Origin: an uncultured Gammaproteobacteria bacterium | GTDB lineage: Bacteria > Patescibacteriota > Microgenomatia > UBA8517 | DNA length: 64,000 bases | NCBI GenBank assembly: GCA_964599625.1 | Contig: CAZRGC010000001.1 | Coordinates: 51,019-115,018 of the forward strand | Direction: 5' to 3' | Shown here: positions 36,554 to 47,421 of the stretch, piece by piece | Position numbering within the stretch: position 1 is the stretch's first letter | Layout: the number at the start of each line of letters is the position of its first letter | The notes under the pieces: generated by a model | What the model was told of the DNA's origin: nothing | The model's database searches: none | What the model saw: the letters and a program-made list of their open reading frames with translations, nothing else | Made by a program: the position numbers and the translations under genes

Positions 36554-37492
36554 ATGCAAACACCTGACGCCACTGATGGTAAATCTTCTGTCGAAGCCGA
36601 GAAACTTCGGGGAAATGATCACTATTTAAATGACGAATTGTTACGTCAGGCTATTAAAGAAAATTGGCCTGAGATAAATATGTCCGACCTAGACAGGATC
36701 ACGAAGCCGGGAATTTCTGATAAAAGTGATGACCTGGAAAGATGGGAGTTTGGCATGAGGGAGGCGAGAGTGAAAGAAATTATGGCACTTGATAGAACCC
36801 CTTTGGAAAAACTTCAGATATTGCTTTACGAGGAATGTTTTGGTGTTAATGCTTCACCCGGAAGAGATATTCAATTCAAAGACTCCCTTGCTCCGTCCCC
36901 AGGAGGCCTAATATCACATGGCTACCCACATGCAATTATTAACGGTTACGATTTAGAGTCAGTTAGTAAACTAGAGTTCACGGGGGGAAACGCGATGGAT
37001 GCGGTGAACTCGCTTTCTGGCATTCAAAAACGTGGAATGATTAGCGTATTGGCAGAAATTGCCTATCCTGTGATCTCGCGTTTTGGGGCCAGTTCTATTA
37101 CCGAAATGAACAAAAGAAATTTGGAAAAAAAACTGGGAACCGCATCGGGAGCGGTTGGTGACGAGGTTGAAAACTGGGCGTTTAGATTAATCAACATGAT
37201 TCACAACTCACCAGGTATGACCCAAAAAATTGAAGACCTTGGTCTGAAAAAAATAATTGGTGTTAAAGATTATGTTAACCATCCATTGATTTTGGTTTGG
37301 ACAATGCTTTGGGGAAAAATGAGCGGAAAGTTTTTACAAAGCCTAGACGATGGAACTGCAATTTATAAAAAAATTGGGCCAGACGAGAAGCAAGCAATTG
37401 GAGACCTTCTTTATGCCAGATTGCATCCAGACGCTCAGATACTGTTTAAGTATCAATCACCATCGGGGTACATTAATGAACAAACAAAATGA
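36554..37492 (+). CDS. Hypothetical protein
   Basis: 312 aa ORF overlapping the queA start (ATGA). Confidence 0.6.
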   Translation: MQTPDATDGKSSVEAEKLRGNDHYLNDELLRQAIKENWPEINMSDLDRITKPGISDKSDDLERWEFGMREARVKEIMALDRTPLEKLQILLYEECFGVNASPGRDIQFKDSLAPSPGGLISHGYPHAIINGYDLESVSKLEFTGGNAMDAVNSLSGIQKRGMISVLAEIAYPVISRFGASSITEMNKRNLEKKLGTASGAVGDEVENWAFRLINMIHNSPGMTQKIEDLGLKKIIGVKDYVNHPLILVWTMLWGKMSGKFLQSLDDGTAIYKKIGPDEKQAIGDLLYARLHPDAQILFKYQSPSGYINEQTK

Positions 37493-38547
37493 AAACAACG
37501 GATTTTGATTACAATCTTCCGGAAAACTTAATCGCCCAGACACAGGCAGTTCCCAGAGACCACTCCAGACTTATGGTGATTCATAGGGAAACTGGCGAGA
37601 TTGAGCATAAAAAGTTCTATCAAATTTTGGAGTACTTCTCGGGTAACGATGTGTTGGTTCTTAATAATACCAAAGTTTTTCCTGCAAGATTTTTTGGCAA
37701 AAAAGATACAGGTGGAAAGATAGAAACACTTCTTATTGAAGAAACGGACAGAAATATTTGGAAAGCTCTAACAACCCCAGGGGTAAAAAAGGGACAAAAA
37801 ATATTCTTTGAAGATATTGTTTTTACGGCGATGGGGCATCATGAGCAAACTGTGATCTTGGAGTCGTCTGTTGATAAAATACATTTATTGTCGGTTCTTA
37901 ATTCTTTTGGAATTACACCACTTCCTCCTTATATTCATCCAAGTGAATCCGAGTCGAAAATAAGAGAAGAATATCAGACTGTTTATGCCAAGATATCAGG
38001 GTCTGTTGCAGCTCCCACTGCGGGGTTTCATTTTACCCCAGAACTTTTGCAGAAATTAAAAAACAAGGGTGTGCAAATTGAGTATGTGACACTGCATGTT
38101 GGTTTGGGAACTTTTGCTCCTGTAAAAACAGAAAATCTGGAGGAACATCCGATGCATTTTGAATATTTTGAAGTTAATAAAGAAACAATAGAAAGACTAA
38201 ATAAAGCAAAATCCGACGGAAAAAGAATTGTATCAGTGGGAACTACCACAACAAGAGTGTTGGAAACATTGTCGAACGATAGTGGTTGTCTGGGCAATGC
38301 CCTTAACGGATCAACTAATTTATTTATTTACCCGCCGTATAAATTTAAATTTGTTGATGCGCTAATTACAAACTTTCACCTTCCCAAATCCACCCTCTTG
38401 TCACTCGTATCTGCTTTTGTGTCAACGCCAAACACGCAGCAAAATTTTGTCAGTTTCCCCAACTCACTGATGGGTAAAGCCTATTCGGAAGCTGTCAGAG
38501 AAAATTATAGATTTTATTCTTTTGGTGATTCCAGTTTTATAATTTAA
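37489..38547 (+). CDS. queA: S-adenosylmethionine:tRNA ribosyltransferase-isomerase
   Basis: FDYNLPENLIAQ, NNTKV.PAR, PLPPYI, YQTVYA, SVAAPTAGFHFT, LHVGLGTF, VGTTTTRVLE, TNFHLPKSTL, YRFYSFGD. Confidence 0.97.
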   Translation: MKTTDFDYNLPENLIAQTQAVPRDHSRLMVIHRETGEIEHKKFYQILEYFSGNDVLVLNNTKVFPARFFGKKDTGGKIETLLIEETDRNIWKALTTPGVKKGQKIFFEDIVFTAMGHHEQTVILESSVDKIHLLSVLNSFGITPLPPYIHPSESESKIREEYQTVYAKISGSVAAPTAGFHFTPELLQKLKNKGVQIEYVTLHVGLGTFAPVKTENLEEHPMHFEYFEVNKETIERLNKAKSDGKRIVSVGTTTTRVLETLSNDSGCLGNALNGSTNLFIYPPYKFKFVDALITNFHLPKSTLLSLVSAFVSTPNTQQNFVSFPNSLMGKAYSEAVRENYRFYSFGDSSFII

Positions 38548-39140
38548 TGTCACCACACTACATATTTTTTGATTGGCATAAAACTTTATCCGAAGATATT
38601 TTTTGGCCCGAGGATAACGACATTGCAGACGTTTTGTTTAAAAGCAAAGGGGATTTGGTAAATAGGTGGATGAAGGGTGAGAAAAAATCTGAAGATATAT
38701 CGAAAATTGTTCAGGACAAAATCGGAAAAGATCAAAAATATGTTTTAGAAAAACTTGAAAAAGGCTGCAGAGAAATGTCGTTTGCAATACCGGATATAGC
38801 AGTCCACATATCAAAAATCAGACAACTTGGGATAGGTGTGGGTATTGCGACAGATAATATGGATACTTTTTTGAGATTTACAGCCCCTGAGTTGAAACTT
38901 AATGGTGTTTTTGACGAGATATTGGTTTCTTCCGAAACAGGTTTTTTGAAAAGTGAAGTTGAGGGGGGAAATATTAAGTTTTTTGAGAAATTTATATCGG
39001 ACAAGAAAATAAAATACCAGGACATTGTTTTAATAGACGACTCGCAAAAAATCTCGGAAATATACAAACCTTTTGGTTTAGAGGTAATAACTGTGAATAA
39101 CACAAAAGATATTCCGAAGATAATCTCGGATTTTATATAA
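38547..39140 (+). CDS. HAD-superfamily hydrolase
   Basis: IFFDWHKTL, IATDN, SSETGFLK, LIDDS. Confidence 0.7.
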   Translation: MSPHYIFFDWHKTLSEDIFWPEDNDIADVLFKSKGDLVNRWMKGEKKSEDISKIVQDKIGKDQKYVLEKLEKGCREMSFAIPDIAVHISKIRQLGIGVGIATDNMDTFLRFTAPELKLNGVFDEILVSSETGFLKSEVEGGNIKFFEKFISDKKIKYQDIVLIDDSQKISEIYKPFGLEVITVNNTKDIPKIISDFI

Positions 39141-39150
39141 TTACGAATAA

Positions 39151-40602
39151 ATGCTAAGAAAAATTAAGAAAGAATGGATAATTGTTTTGTTGATTGTCTT
39201 TTTTTCGTTTGCACTTCGGATATACAAAATAAACACAGATCTTTTGTTCCATAGGGACCAGGGTATGGTGGCAATGGATATTTACAAGATTTGGCATGAC
39301 AAAAAGATATCGTTAATTGGTGCCCCCACTGATGTTGACGGTTTGTATCATTCACCTGTTTATTACTGGATACTCACACCTTTGTACTGGCTTGGAAACG
39401 GAAATATTATCTACCCGGCTGTTTTTCAGATATTTTTGGAAGTCATTTCCTTGCCATTTTTGTATCTTGCAGTTAAAAAACTTTTTGACAAAAAGACGGC
39501 CCTGTTAACGCTTATCATTTATTCTGTTTCGTACGGACTTATTTCTTATAGCAGATGGTTCATTACAGTACCCTTCATCTTGCCGTTGGCAAATCTACTT
39601 TTGTACTTTTTGGCCAGTGGAACTAATATTTTTGCAGTTTCGCTTTTGGTTGGAATGATTACTCAGACGAATGCTGCAGTAGGAGTCTTTTATTTGCCTT
39701 TCGTTTTTTATCACTTCCGTAAGTACTTAACTTTCCAAAATCTGTTTATTATTTTCACTGGTTTTATCATACCGGCAATACCGTTGATTATTTTCCAGTT
39801 CCGGCACGACTTCATAATACTCAAAACTGTAGCCAGTTATTCATCTGGGTCGGCAGGTTTGGGTGTGTCCCTGCAGGTCTTTTTTGGAAATTTAATTAAA
39901 TTTTTACAGGAGGCCAATCACTTGATACTTTTTCCCTTTATAGTTCCTTCGACTTTGCTTCTTTGGTATGGCCTTTGGAAGGCGGGCAAGAGCAAAAAAT
40001 TATTATTATCATATTTGGCGATACCCTTCATTTTTTTGGCGTTTTACAAAAGGGGGTCAATCAGCTTTTTTTACATGGCCGCACTTCCTGCAATTCTTGC
40101 CGTTTTAGCCAACGGGATTTTGAAACTTCCAAAAACTTTAAGTTATTTTTTGGTTGGCTTTGTTGTTGTTTACAACATTGTTCTACTCAAAAACGTATAC
40201 GAACCGAATAACGCGCTTATTCCCATTGGAGACCGCAACATAATTACAATTTCCGACAGAAAGAAAATTCTGGATTGGATGTACACCAAAGCGGATGGAA
40301 AAAAGTTTTCAACCTGGATTTACACAATCCCGTATTTTCAGGACTACCCCTGGGATTATCTGTTAACGACTTATGCACTGCCAAAATACGGTTATCTACC
40401 CGAAAAAACCGGGTCATTTTCTCCGGGAGATCTAAAAAATTCGGAAATATTTTTTGATGTCTACGAAGTAGACCATGACAATCCATCAAGGCAAAGTGTT
40501 TGGTTTTACGATATCAACAAAAGTTTTGGAAACACTTTGGATTATTTTGGATCTCACGATATCCATGTGGAATTGAGATCTTGGGATCCTAAAAAACAGT
40601 GA
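39151..40602 (+). CDS. ArnT/PMT-like (GT-C) integral membrane glycosyltransferase
   Basis: LR.....LF..DQG, G.......Y.SP.YY, many TM segments, C-terminal soluble domain. Confidence 0.75.
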   Translation: MLRKIKKEWIIVLLIVFFSFALRIYKINTDLLFHRDQGMVAMDIYKIWHDKKISLIGAPTDVDGLYHSPVYYWILTPLYWLGNGNIIYPAVFQIFLEVISLPFLYLAVKKLFDKKTALLTLIIYSVSYGLISYSRWFITVPFILPLANLLLYFLASGTNIFAVSLLVGMITQTNAAVGVFYLPFVFYHFRKYLTFQNLFIIFTGFIIPAIPLIIFQFRHDFIILKTVASYSSGSAGLGVSLQVFFGNLIKFLQEANHLILFPFIVPSTLLLWYGLWKAGKSKKLLLSYLAIPFIFLAFYKRGSISFFYMAALPAILAVLANGILKLPKTLSYFLVGFVVVYNIVLLKNVYEPNNALIPIGDRNIITISDRKKILDWMYTKADGKKFSTWIYTIPYFQDYPWDYLLTTYALPKYGYLPEKTGSFSPGDLKNSEIFFDVYEVDHDNPSRQSVWFYDINKSFGNTLDYFGSHDIHVELRSWDPKKQ

Positions 40603-41425
40603 ACAATATACCGATAATTACAATTACCACCCCAATTATTTTTTTGTCTATCTTTTCTTTCTCTTTCAAAATAAAAATTCCATAAAACACGGAAAAAACA
40701 GTCATTGCCTGATAAAGCCCGACAACTTTGCTGGCGTCGGCAACCGCAAGCGCCCTAACCAAAAGATAAGAAGAGACGATGTTGAACATTCCTGCCAAAA
40801 GCATGTGGGGAAGTCTTTTTGCTGCGACCAATGTAATTTGTTTTGCCGGATTTTTCATCAAAAAGGGTAAGCCAAGAAGGGGAATAATTCCTTGCGACAT
40901 AACTACAAATTCACTGGATGCAAGCCCGCTTACTTTTTTGAGAACAGTGCTCAGAAGCGCACTTGAAAAAGAAAAAAGCAATGCAGTTTTTATGCCGCTA
41001 TCTCTTTTGATTTCTTTGGGCGAAGACACAACCGAAATTCCTGCAAATATGGCGACAATTCCCGCGTACTCCGTAATGGTTAAACGTTCGCCAACCAACA
41101 GAAACGCCAATAGCGGGGACCAAACAACCCTTAGACGGGAAATTATTGATGAAATGGAAAGATCTGTCAGTGCATGCATTTTCATGAATACATAAACAGA
41201 AAAGAGTTCGGTTAAGCCAACCAGTGAAAAAGTTATTATGTTTGGAAAACTAAGATGCGGAAACGGTTTGGATAAAACTACAAAAAAGAAGAAACCGGAT
41301 CTTATAAATTCAAACCACCAAGCATACGCTGTATAGTCGCCTTTGTCTTTGAGTGCTGTGCGGTTTGTAATGTTGAAACCGTTTGAAGCAAGTCCTGCAA
41401 CTACCGCCAAAATAAGCCAATTCAT
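40589..41425 (-). CDS. EamA/DMT family transporter
   Basis: About 10 TM in two repeats; LAFLLVGERL and YGIFILKEK motifs. Confidence 0.85.
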   Translation of the reverse strand: MNWLILAVVAGLASNGFNITNRTALKDKGDYTAYAWWFEFIRSGFFFFVVLSKPFPHLSFPNIITFSLVGLTELFSVYVFMKMHALTDLSISSIISRLRVVWSPLLAFLLVGERLTITEYAGIVAIFAGISVVSSPKEIKRDSGIKTALLFSFSSALLSTVLKKVSGLASSEFVVMSQGIIPLLGLPFLMKNPAKQITLVAAKRLPHMLLAGMFNIVSSYLLVRALAVADASKVVGLYQAMTVFSVFYGIFILKEKEKIDKKIIGVVIVIIGILFTVF

Positions 41426-41426
41426 A

Positions 41427-43595
41427 TTAGTCGGACCCCATGTTGGCGGCATCGTATCTTTTCTCGTTCAACTTAACTTTTCTTACCTGAATCATGTCTG
41501 GGTCGTATATTTTGGTTTCGTGAACACTGTCGGGGCTTGAATAAACGGCTCTTTTTACAAGCCACTCAACTGACACGTGACCATCCGCATCCAAGTCCGC
41601 TTCGGGTGTTGGTTCTATCCCAAGTTCCACAAGCATTGAATAAGCGGCTTTGGCAATCCACCTGGCAGTTCTGTATTTGGGGTCAACGATCTGTGGAAGT
41701 TGGTTGTCTACCTCGTCGTAAAAACCGTCTTGGAGTTTACTTCTAACATACGCCAAAGTGCTTATTCCGGTATCCATTTCGTCGACGACTTCCATTCCCC
41801 AACCGACTTTTTTGGTGCGGGGCATTTCAAAGGGAACTGACTTGCCTTCGACTTGTTGTATATATTCACCGATAACATCTTTTAGAAAAACTCTTGCATC
41901 TTCGTGGACTATTTCAAAAAGAATAATTTTTTTAAGTTTTTTCATCTCCCTTTCTTCCTCGGTGTCAGATTTTAGAATTTTGATTTTTTCCAAATATTCA
42001 GAAATAAACTTGTTGGACTCAGTAATCAATTCTTCCCTTGTCATGCCGCGCTTGTCCATTTCGGCAACATCTTCCACCATCATTCTGTACGAGTGATTCC
42101 AGTCGTGGGCATAAAATTCTCTGGGTGTTTGAAGAAATTCGTCTACATAAATATCTTTAGGAGAAAGACCGACAAATCTGATTGGAACACCTCTGGTTTT
42201 AAGAAGGTCTGTGGCTGATAGCGGTTCAAAAGTCGGGATGACAATCTCTTCGGGCAGACGTCCGGTAGCAATTATTTCGTCGATCCTGTATTTGTAGCGG
42301 AAAGAGTGATAATAAGCATTTTCTACCTCCCTAGGGTCGTGACTTATTGGTTTGTCTGGTGATAATTTTTCGAAATAACCTCTTTGTTTTCTGGAGACCA
42401 TGTCAAAAAAATCCATGGATCTTCCCAATGCCAGAATTGTCGGCAAGTATGGGCAAGTGGCGCGGTTTCCAAGGGTTACAGCTCTCAAATCCATAACTAT
42501 CAAATCCCTTAGTCCTGTCAAAAGTGGTTCTTCGGCACACATCTTGTTCATTTCTTCGCTGAACATCTCGTCCATTACTCTGTTTACGGAGGGATAAAGT
42601 TCTTCTATCTCTGTATAAAGTGAGTTTCCGTTTGCCTCGAACTTTGCCCGTATCCTTTGGTAGCCCTCTACCGGATTTTTGATGATATCCCTTATCAGTT
42701 CGTGTTCTACAAGTTTGTTTTTTCTTTCGTCCGAAGTTTGGCTAGTTATAAAGGCTACAATCTCTCTGTGGTGTCCAAAAGCAAAACCACCAGTTGTAGA
42801 ATCCGGAGACATAATGTCTTCTTTTGTCCGCCACGAAAATCCGCTTGGTGGGGTGCCCACTATTTCGCACCTGAATCCTGTGGTGTCCACTATATGGCGC
42901 GGGTCTGAAGGTCTTAGGACTCTGTTTAGGTTTTCCCTGTAGTGAAATCCTCCGGAATCTGCGGGATAAATTCTTATAACAGCCGCATTGTTCTTTGAGG
43001 TGACGGTGTAACATTCTTCGTTGTTGTCATCTCTGCTTTTTCCATAGACTGGGTCTTTGGTTTGCAGTATTTTTTCTCCTGCTATTCTAAGCGCTGCAAA
43101 CACTTTTGGTTCCAGTCCCAACGGATTATCTTCGTCGGTGTCTTTTATAAAACCACCGGGGAGGGCAGAACCAAGCGGATAATAATTTCTTTCCATGCAC
43201 AAGACTTCCCTTGTTTTGCCTTCCAGGGACCCGGGTTTCATAATCACCAGGTCGACTGTTCTTGCAGGTTTGAGCAAATTATCCACGTATTCTGTAGCTG
43301 CCTCAACCAAGCCTTCGTTTTGGATTAGATTTTCTGCCAGTGCTATTGAATCGGGAACTGTGCTTCCTATGTACTCGGAAAGATGTTCTTCTATTCTTCC
43401 TCTTTCTGTTTTGTTGTCTTTGAGTCTGTCGGCCCAATAGACCATATACAAAATTGTTTGAGGTCTTATTTCACCTGAGTCAATTTTTTCCTGAGGAACA
43501 GTTTCTCTGATAAGTTTGTCTGTAATAAGTTTGTGGATTTTGTCGATCTCACTTTCGGGGTTAACTTGTGACTCCACATATCCTTGGCGTTCCAT
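41427..43595 (-). CDS. Degenerate Nudix domain fused to an uncharacterised His/Glu-motif domain
   Basis: TVDLVI..VL..ER...P.G.ALPGGF, SDPRH, FAFGH; C-terminal FYAHDWNH and LFEIVHE; ATG 43595. Confidence 0.6.
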   Translation of the reverse strand: MERQGYVESQVNPESEIDKIHKLITDKLIRETVPQEKIDSGEIRPQTILYMVYWADRLKDNKTERGRIEEHLSEYIGSTVPDSIALAENLIQNEGLVEAATEYVDNLLKPARTVDLVIMKPGSLEGKTREVLCMERNYYPLGSALPGGFIKDTDEDNPLGLEPKVFAALRIAGEKILQTKDPVYGKSRDDNNEECYTVTSKNNAAVIRIYPADSGGFHYRENLNRVLRPSDPRHIVDTTGFRCEIVGTPPSGFSWRTKEDIMSPDSTTGGFAFGHHREIVAFITSQTSDERKNKLVEHELIRDIIKNPVEGYQRIRAKFEANGNSLYTEIEELYPSVNRVMDEMFSEEMNKMCAEEPLLTGLRDLIVMDLRAVTLGNRATCPYLPTILALGRSMDFFDMVSRKQRGYFEKLSPDKPISHDPREVENAYYHSFRYKYRIDEIIATGRLPEEIVIPTFEPLSATDLLKTRGVPIRFVGLSPKDIYVDEFLQTPREFYAHDWNHSYRMMVEDVAEMDKRGMTREELITESNKFISEYLEKIKILKSDTEEEREMKKLKKIILFEIVHEDARVFLKDVIGEYIQQVEGKSVPFEMPRTKKVGWGMEVVDEMDTGISTLAYVRSKLQDGFYDEVDNQLPQIVDPKYRTARWIAKAAYSMLVELGIEPTPEADLDADGHVSVEWLVKRAVYSSPDSVHETKIYDPDMIQVRKVKLNEKRYDAANMGSD

Positions 43596-43623
43596 GTTTG
43601 TAATATATAATACGACTAAACAT

Positions 43624-44403
43624 ATGTCAGATGCTATCGTCAAGGACTCTGCATCAAGAAGAGTGGATCGGGATGTGGTAAGTCACCACAAAGTTTACGA
43701 GGTTTACAAAAGTCTGATCGAAAAACCCGGCAGGGGGAGATTGCCTTCTAAGGGGAAAACTTACTATCACGAAGGGCAAGTGGATACATATTCCAATACA
43801 AGTAATACTTTTACCATCGGCGAAAATAATTATCGCAAAACCTCTTTTACAGAAGAACAGGAGAAATACAACGACCTTGTGAGAGTTGCGCTAAGGGATG
43901 CGATTATCGACGAAGAAAACGGGTTTGTCGCAAAGTTTAAATTACGTTGGGACAAAGACGGGTCGCAGGCAAATTTTGAAGATATCCTCACAGAAACTTA
44001 TTTGGAGAGTATATTTAAAGCTTTTGACAACAAACCCAATTTAACCCCTGCTTTTTATGGATTTTTGGTTGCCAGTAACGCCGGAGCCGACGGACTGCAG
44101 GTGGCCTTAAACGAGTCATTGTATCCAAGAGATATAATTGGTGACAGTCTACCAGATAACTACAAAACTTTTGTTGGAGTTCATTCTGCAAAAAATGATA
44201 ACGTTATGAATTGGGAAGTGCAGTGTGGGGCCCCGGCACTGGCTATGAAAATAATAGCGGAGGGGCAAAAATGCACAAGGTATGCAGGCCTTAAAATTGA
44301 CGACCTGGACAATACAAGATTTGGTGGTCCCAGTTCTGATGTAGCCAGTAAGATTCGGACCGAACTTTCTTCAAGAATGAGAAACCTGGGTTATAAGACT
44401 TAG
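43624..44403 (+). CDS. Hypothetical protein
   Basis: ORF divergent from the Nudix fusion; ATG 43624 avoids overlap. Confidence 0.6.
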   Translation: MSDAIVKDSASRRVDRDVVSHHKVYEVYKSLIEKPGRGRLPSKGKTYYHEGQVDTYSNTSNTFTIGENNYRKTSFTEEQEKYNDLVRVALRDAIIDEENGFVAKFKLRWDKDGSQANFEDILTETYLESIFKAFDNKPNLTPAFYGFLVASNAGADGLQVALNESLYPRDIIGDSLPDNYKTFVGVHSAKNDNVMNWEVQCGAPALAMKIIAEGQKCTRYAGLKIDDLDNTRFGGPSSDVASKIRTELSSRMRNLGYKT

Positions 44404-44477
44404 CGAAGTTGCAACACCAGCTTTTGGGGGAAAAATCACTCGCAAGTGCGGAGGGGATGTAATAATATTTATTGAAT

Positions 44478-45944
44478 ATGGAAAAAGCTTCTGTTGGGCC
44501 GAAGTTTGAAAAACCCTATGTTTTGGATGGAACTTCTTATTCTGTTTCTGTTGATGGAACTTCGTTTGTAAGAGAAGTTGATGGAATAAAAACGCTGGAG
44601 GTTGTCAAAGGGCCTCATTTGGTTGGAATCGAATCAGCAGAAGCAATAAAACGCGGGGCAAACATAGTTGTAATCGAAACTCCAGGTGCCGAAATGTGGG
44701 CCAAGAAAAACTGTGAAAGATTGGAAGATGTTTTGTTTGAGGAACTGAATGGGTCGCCGCGCTACAGAATAAATTCAAATTATTTGGCCCAAGGTGGCCA
44801 TGTTCCTGAACCTGTTTACAGGAATTCATCACTCACTATGCAGCCGATACCATTCCAAAGGGAAGGGGCATATGGCATGTTTTCGGGAATAAGCGAATAT
44901 GAGATCTTTGTCGCAAAAGACAATCCGTCGCTGACCGTGTTCTTCACGGAGCATTTGCCATTGTATTCGGGAAAAGATACCAAAGCGAAACATTTGGTGT
45001 TTATTGTTCCTCCTGGTGGTGGCGGCACGATTAACGATGCAATGAGAAAGTCGGGCCTAGGGAAAACCATGAAATCCGAAGTAGTTGGTAGCCACAGGAA
45101 AGATGTTACGGGTGTGTCGGCTAAAACCTTGCAGACAACTGTTGACGGAATATCAAAAAACCTAAAGGCAGGGGAGGATGAAGTAAAACGGAAAATAGAA
45201 ACGGCCTGGCTAAAAAAGAAAGAGGAAGCTATGTTTGAGATTCCCCACCCAGATAAAAGAAAAGTTGATTTGGGATGGAAAGAAAGTTCGATAAAAGAAA
45301 AAGCCAGAATTGCAAAAAAAGTTGCGGACGAGCTGACCAAATATCCCAGTGAAAGAGTGCAGATTTTGGAGAAGGCCAAAGTTCTAGCATCCGCCGGTGA
45401 TAGGATGAGAAAATGTCCTTTTACTCCTTCTGGAGTGGGTGTCCAGACAGAAGATTTGTTGCCGGATCAAGGTATGACCACTTCTGATTTGAAAATCAAA
45501 AATGCAGCAATGGATATTTTGACAGAAGTCTGGGACAAATCCCCAGACGTTGTAAGGGGATACATAATTGCAGCCTCGGACCTTACTGCGCTTCCGCATT
45601 TGAGAAATCACTCTGAGTTAATTTGGAAAAGAGTTCGTGAGGCAAGAACTAACATGCAAGAGTATAGAAATTATCTTTTGGGTAAAGGTAAATCTATGCC
45701 GGAACATTTTGAACCGGAATTCATTGCCCAGATGGTTTATTATGCATTCCCTGAAATCACACAAAACAACTCATTCAGGTATTCAGTTTCCCAAAATGAA
45801 TTAAGAAAGGATGTTGGAGAAGAACCTGTTTTTGATAGAGATAAATTTGATTTGACACTTCTGGAACGCGCGGCAAAGCTTTACCCACGTGATGCTGCAA
45901 TTTCTGATGGCTTGGCGCAACACAAAGCCAGAATGAAAAAATGA
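44478..45944 (+). CDS. Hypothetical protein
   Basis: About 488 aa ORF with no recognised motif. Confidence 0.6.
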   Translation: MEKASVGPKFEKPYVLDGTSYSVSVDGTSFVREVDGIKTLEVVKGPHLVGIESAEAIKRGANIVVIETPGAEMWAKKNCERLEDVLFEELNGSPRYRINSNYLAQGGHVPEPVYRNSSLTMQPIPFQREGAYGMFSGISEYEIFVAKDNPSLTVFFTEHLPLYSGKDTKAKHLVFIVPPGGGGTINDAMRKSGLGKTMKSEVVGSHRKDVTGVSAKTLQTTVDGISKNLKAGEDEVKRKIETAWLKKKEEAMFEIPHPDKRKVDLGWKESSIKEKARIAKKVADELTKYPSERVQILEKAKVLASAGDRMRKCPFTPSGVGVQTEDLLPDQGMTTSDLKIKNAAMDILTEVWDKSPDVVRGYIIAASDLTALPHLRNHSELIWKRVREARTNMQEYRNYLLGKGKSMPEHFEPEFIAQMVYYAFPEITQNNSFRYSVSQNELRKDVGEEPVFDRDKFDLTLLERAAKLYPRDAAISDGLAQHKARMKK

Positions 45945-45945
45945 T

Positions 45946-46518
45946 ATGACAGCCCGAACTCACAACGCTTTTGCTGTGGCATCCCTGATTACTGTTGCTG
46001 CATTTTTTCCGCCTGAGAATATTAATGTTTTGACATTAATACTGTGTCTTGTGGGTACAACTGTCGGCGCCTTGATTCCAGATATGGATACTTCAGGAAA
46101 CTATCTTTGGGGGCTTTTGCCACAAGGACAAAGATTGGGGGGTGTGTTAAGAAGGATTTTTTATAAACACAGGACAATTACACATTCTGTTATCGGATTT
46201 TTTCTTATTCATAAATTTTTAAGTTGGGTTCTTCCTATGATTTTCAATTCGGGATTCGTCCAAACCGACATCTTGTTGGCATCGATTTTGATAGGTTATG
46301 CTTCACACCTTTTGTCTGACAGTCTTACTGAGGAAGGCATACCTTTGCTGTTTCCTATAGATGTTTCGTTCGGAATTCCGCCAATAAAAAGTTGGAGAAT
46401 AAAAACAGGAAAATGGTTTGAAAACCTGGTTATTTTTCCTGCTGTGTGGGTGTATGTTGTTTGGTTTGTGAATTTAAATAAGGAAACGTATTTGAATATT
46501 TTTAGGTCTTTGGTATAA
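45946..46518 (+). CDS. YdjM-family inner-membrane metal-dependent hydrolase
   Basis: MTARTH, GALIPDMD, HRTITHS, GYASHLLSDSLT..GIPLLFP. Confidence 0.9.
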   Translation: MTARTHNAFAVASLITVAAFFPPENINVLTLILCLVGTTVGALIPDMDTSGNYLWGLLPQGQRLGGVLRRIFYKHRTITHSVIGFFLIHKFLSWVLPMIFNSGFVQTDILLASILIGYASHLLSDSLTEEGIPLLFPIDVSFGIPPIKSWRIKTGKWFENLVIFPAVWVYVVWFVNLNKETYLNIFRSLV

Positions 46519-46530
46519 AAGTCGAAGAAT

Positions 46531-47379
46531 ATGGAAAAACCGGGTTACGATTTTCAGGTTTATCACGGAACAGTCTCCCCAAAAGAACACCTTATGGACG
46601 GATTAAGCGGACACCGTGCGTACGACAATGTGGCGATAGATCCCTTTTCTTCGGTTGCCTGGTCAAGTAGAAGTGACCGTATGGCAAGACTGACTGTTTG
46701 GGATGTTGCAAAAGACGACGTCAAAATATCCAAAAGACTAAAAACTGGTGGAATAAACCGAAGATTTACAGAAGAAGAAAAAGAACGCCACTTTGAGTCG
46801 TTCAGAAGAAATATTGGACAAAACCCATCGCTCAGGAAGGACTTGCTTAGGCCAACAAAGACAGTTGACGAGACATTGGAAGATGAAAAACGCACAGAAA
46901 ACGGTTTGCCCGGAGAAAGATTGACTTATGTTGTCGATTTTACTGAAAAACAAGCTAAATATTTGAGAACCAGACCCTGGAAGATGCAAATGGATATTAT
47001 TGATTGGGCGGACAGCGAGGTTGATGGGGATACTTTCACCGATATGGAAAATGATTTTTTGGTCAACTTTCCCGAACCTGAAAAAATGGAAGTAGTTTAC
47101 GACAAAGGCAATGCTGCTGCAGACAAAAGGCAAATTTTAAAAAAACTTTTTGCTCAATCACTTTACGCAAACTGCTTGGAGTTGGTGATTGGGGATAACC
47201 TAAATTTTAGTCAGGAGATAATAGCAAACCTTGCACTGAACAAGGTTTTACGAAAACCCGAAGAGTATTACCGTGGAAGAGAGTTTTTTTACAAACTACA
47301 ACCCAGACTAATTAGAATAACCGACAGGGTTAAAGCAGAAGTTTCTGCATTTTACCCGGAATTCAAAAATCTTGACTGA
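46531..47379 (+). CDS. Hypothetical protein
   Basis: 282 aa ORF; N-terminal VYHGT. Confidence 0.55.
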   Translation: MEKPGYDFQVYHGTVSPKEHLMDGLSGHRAYDNVAIDPFSSVAWSSRSDRMARLTVWDVAKDDVKISKRLKTGGINRRFTEEEKERHFESFRRNIGQNPSLRKDLLRPTKTVDETLEDEKRTENGLPGERLTYVVDFTEKQAKYLRTRPWKMQMDIIDWADSEVDGDTFTDMENDFLVNFPEPEKMEVVYDKGNAAADKRQILKKLFAQSLYANCLELVIGDNLNFSQEIIANLALNKVLRKPEEYYRGREFFYKLQPRLIRITDRVKAEVSAFYPEFKNLD

Positions 47380-47421
47380 TCCTGATTGCATAAACAAAAA
47401 AGCCCCCTGATGGAAGAATTC

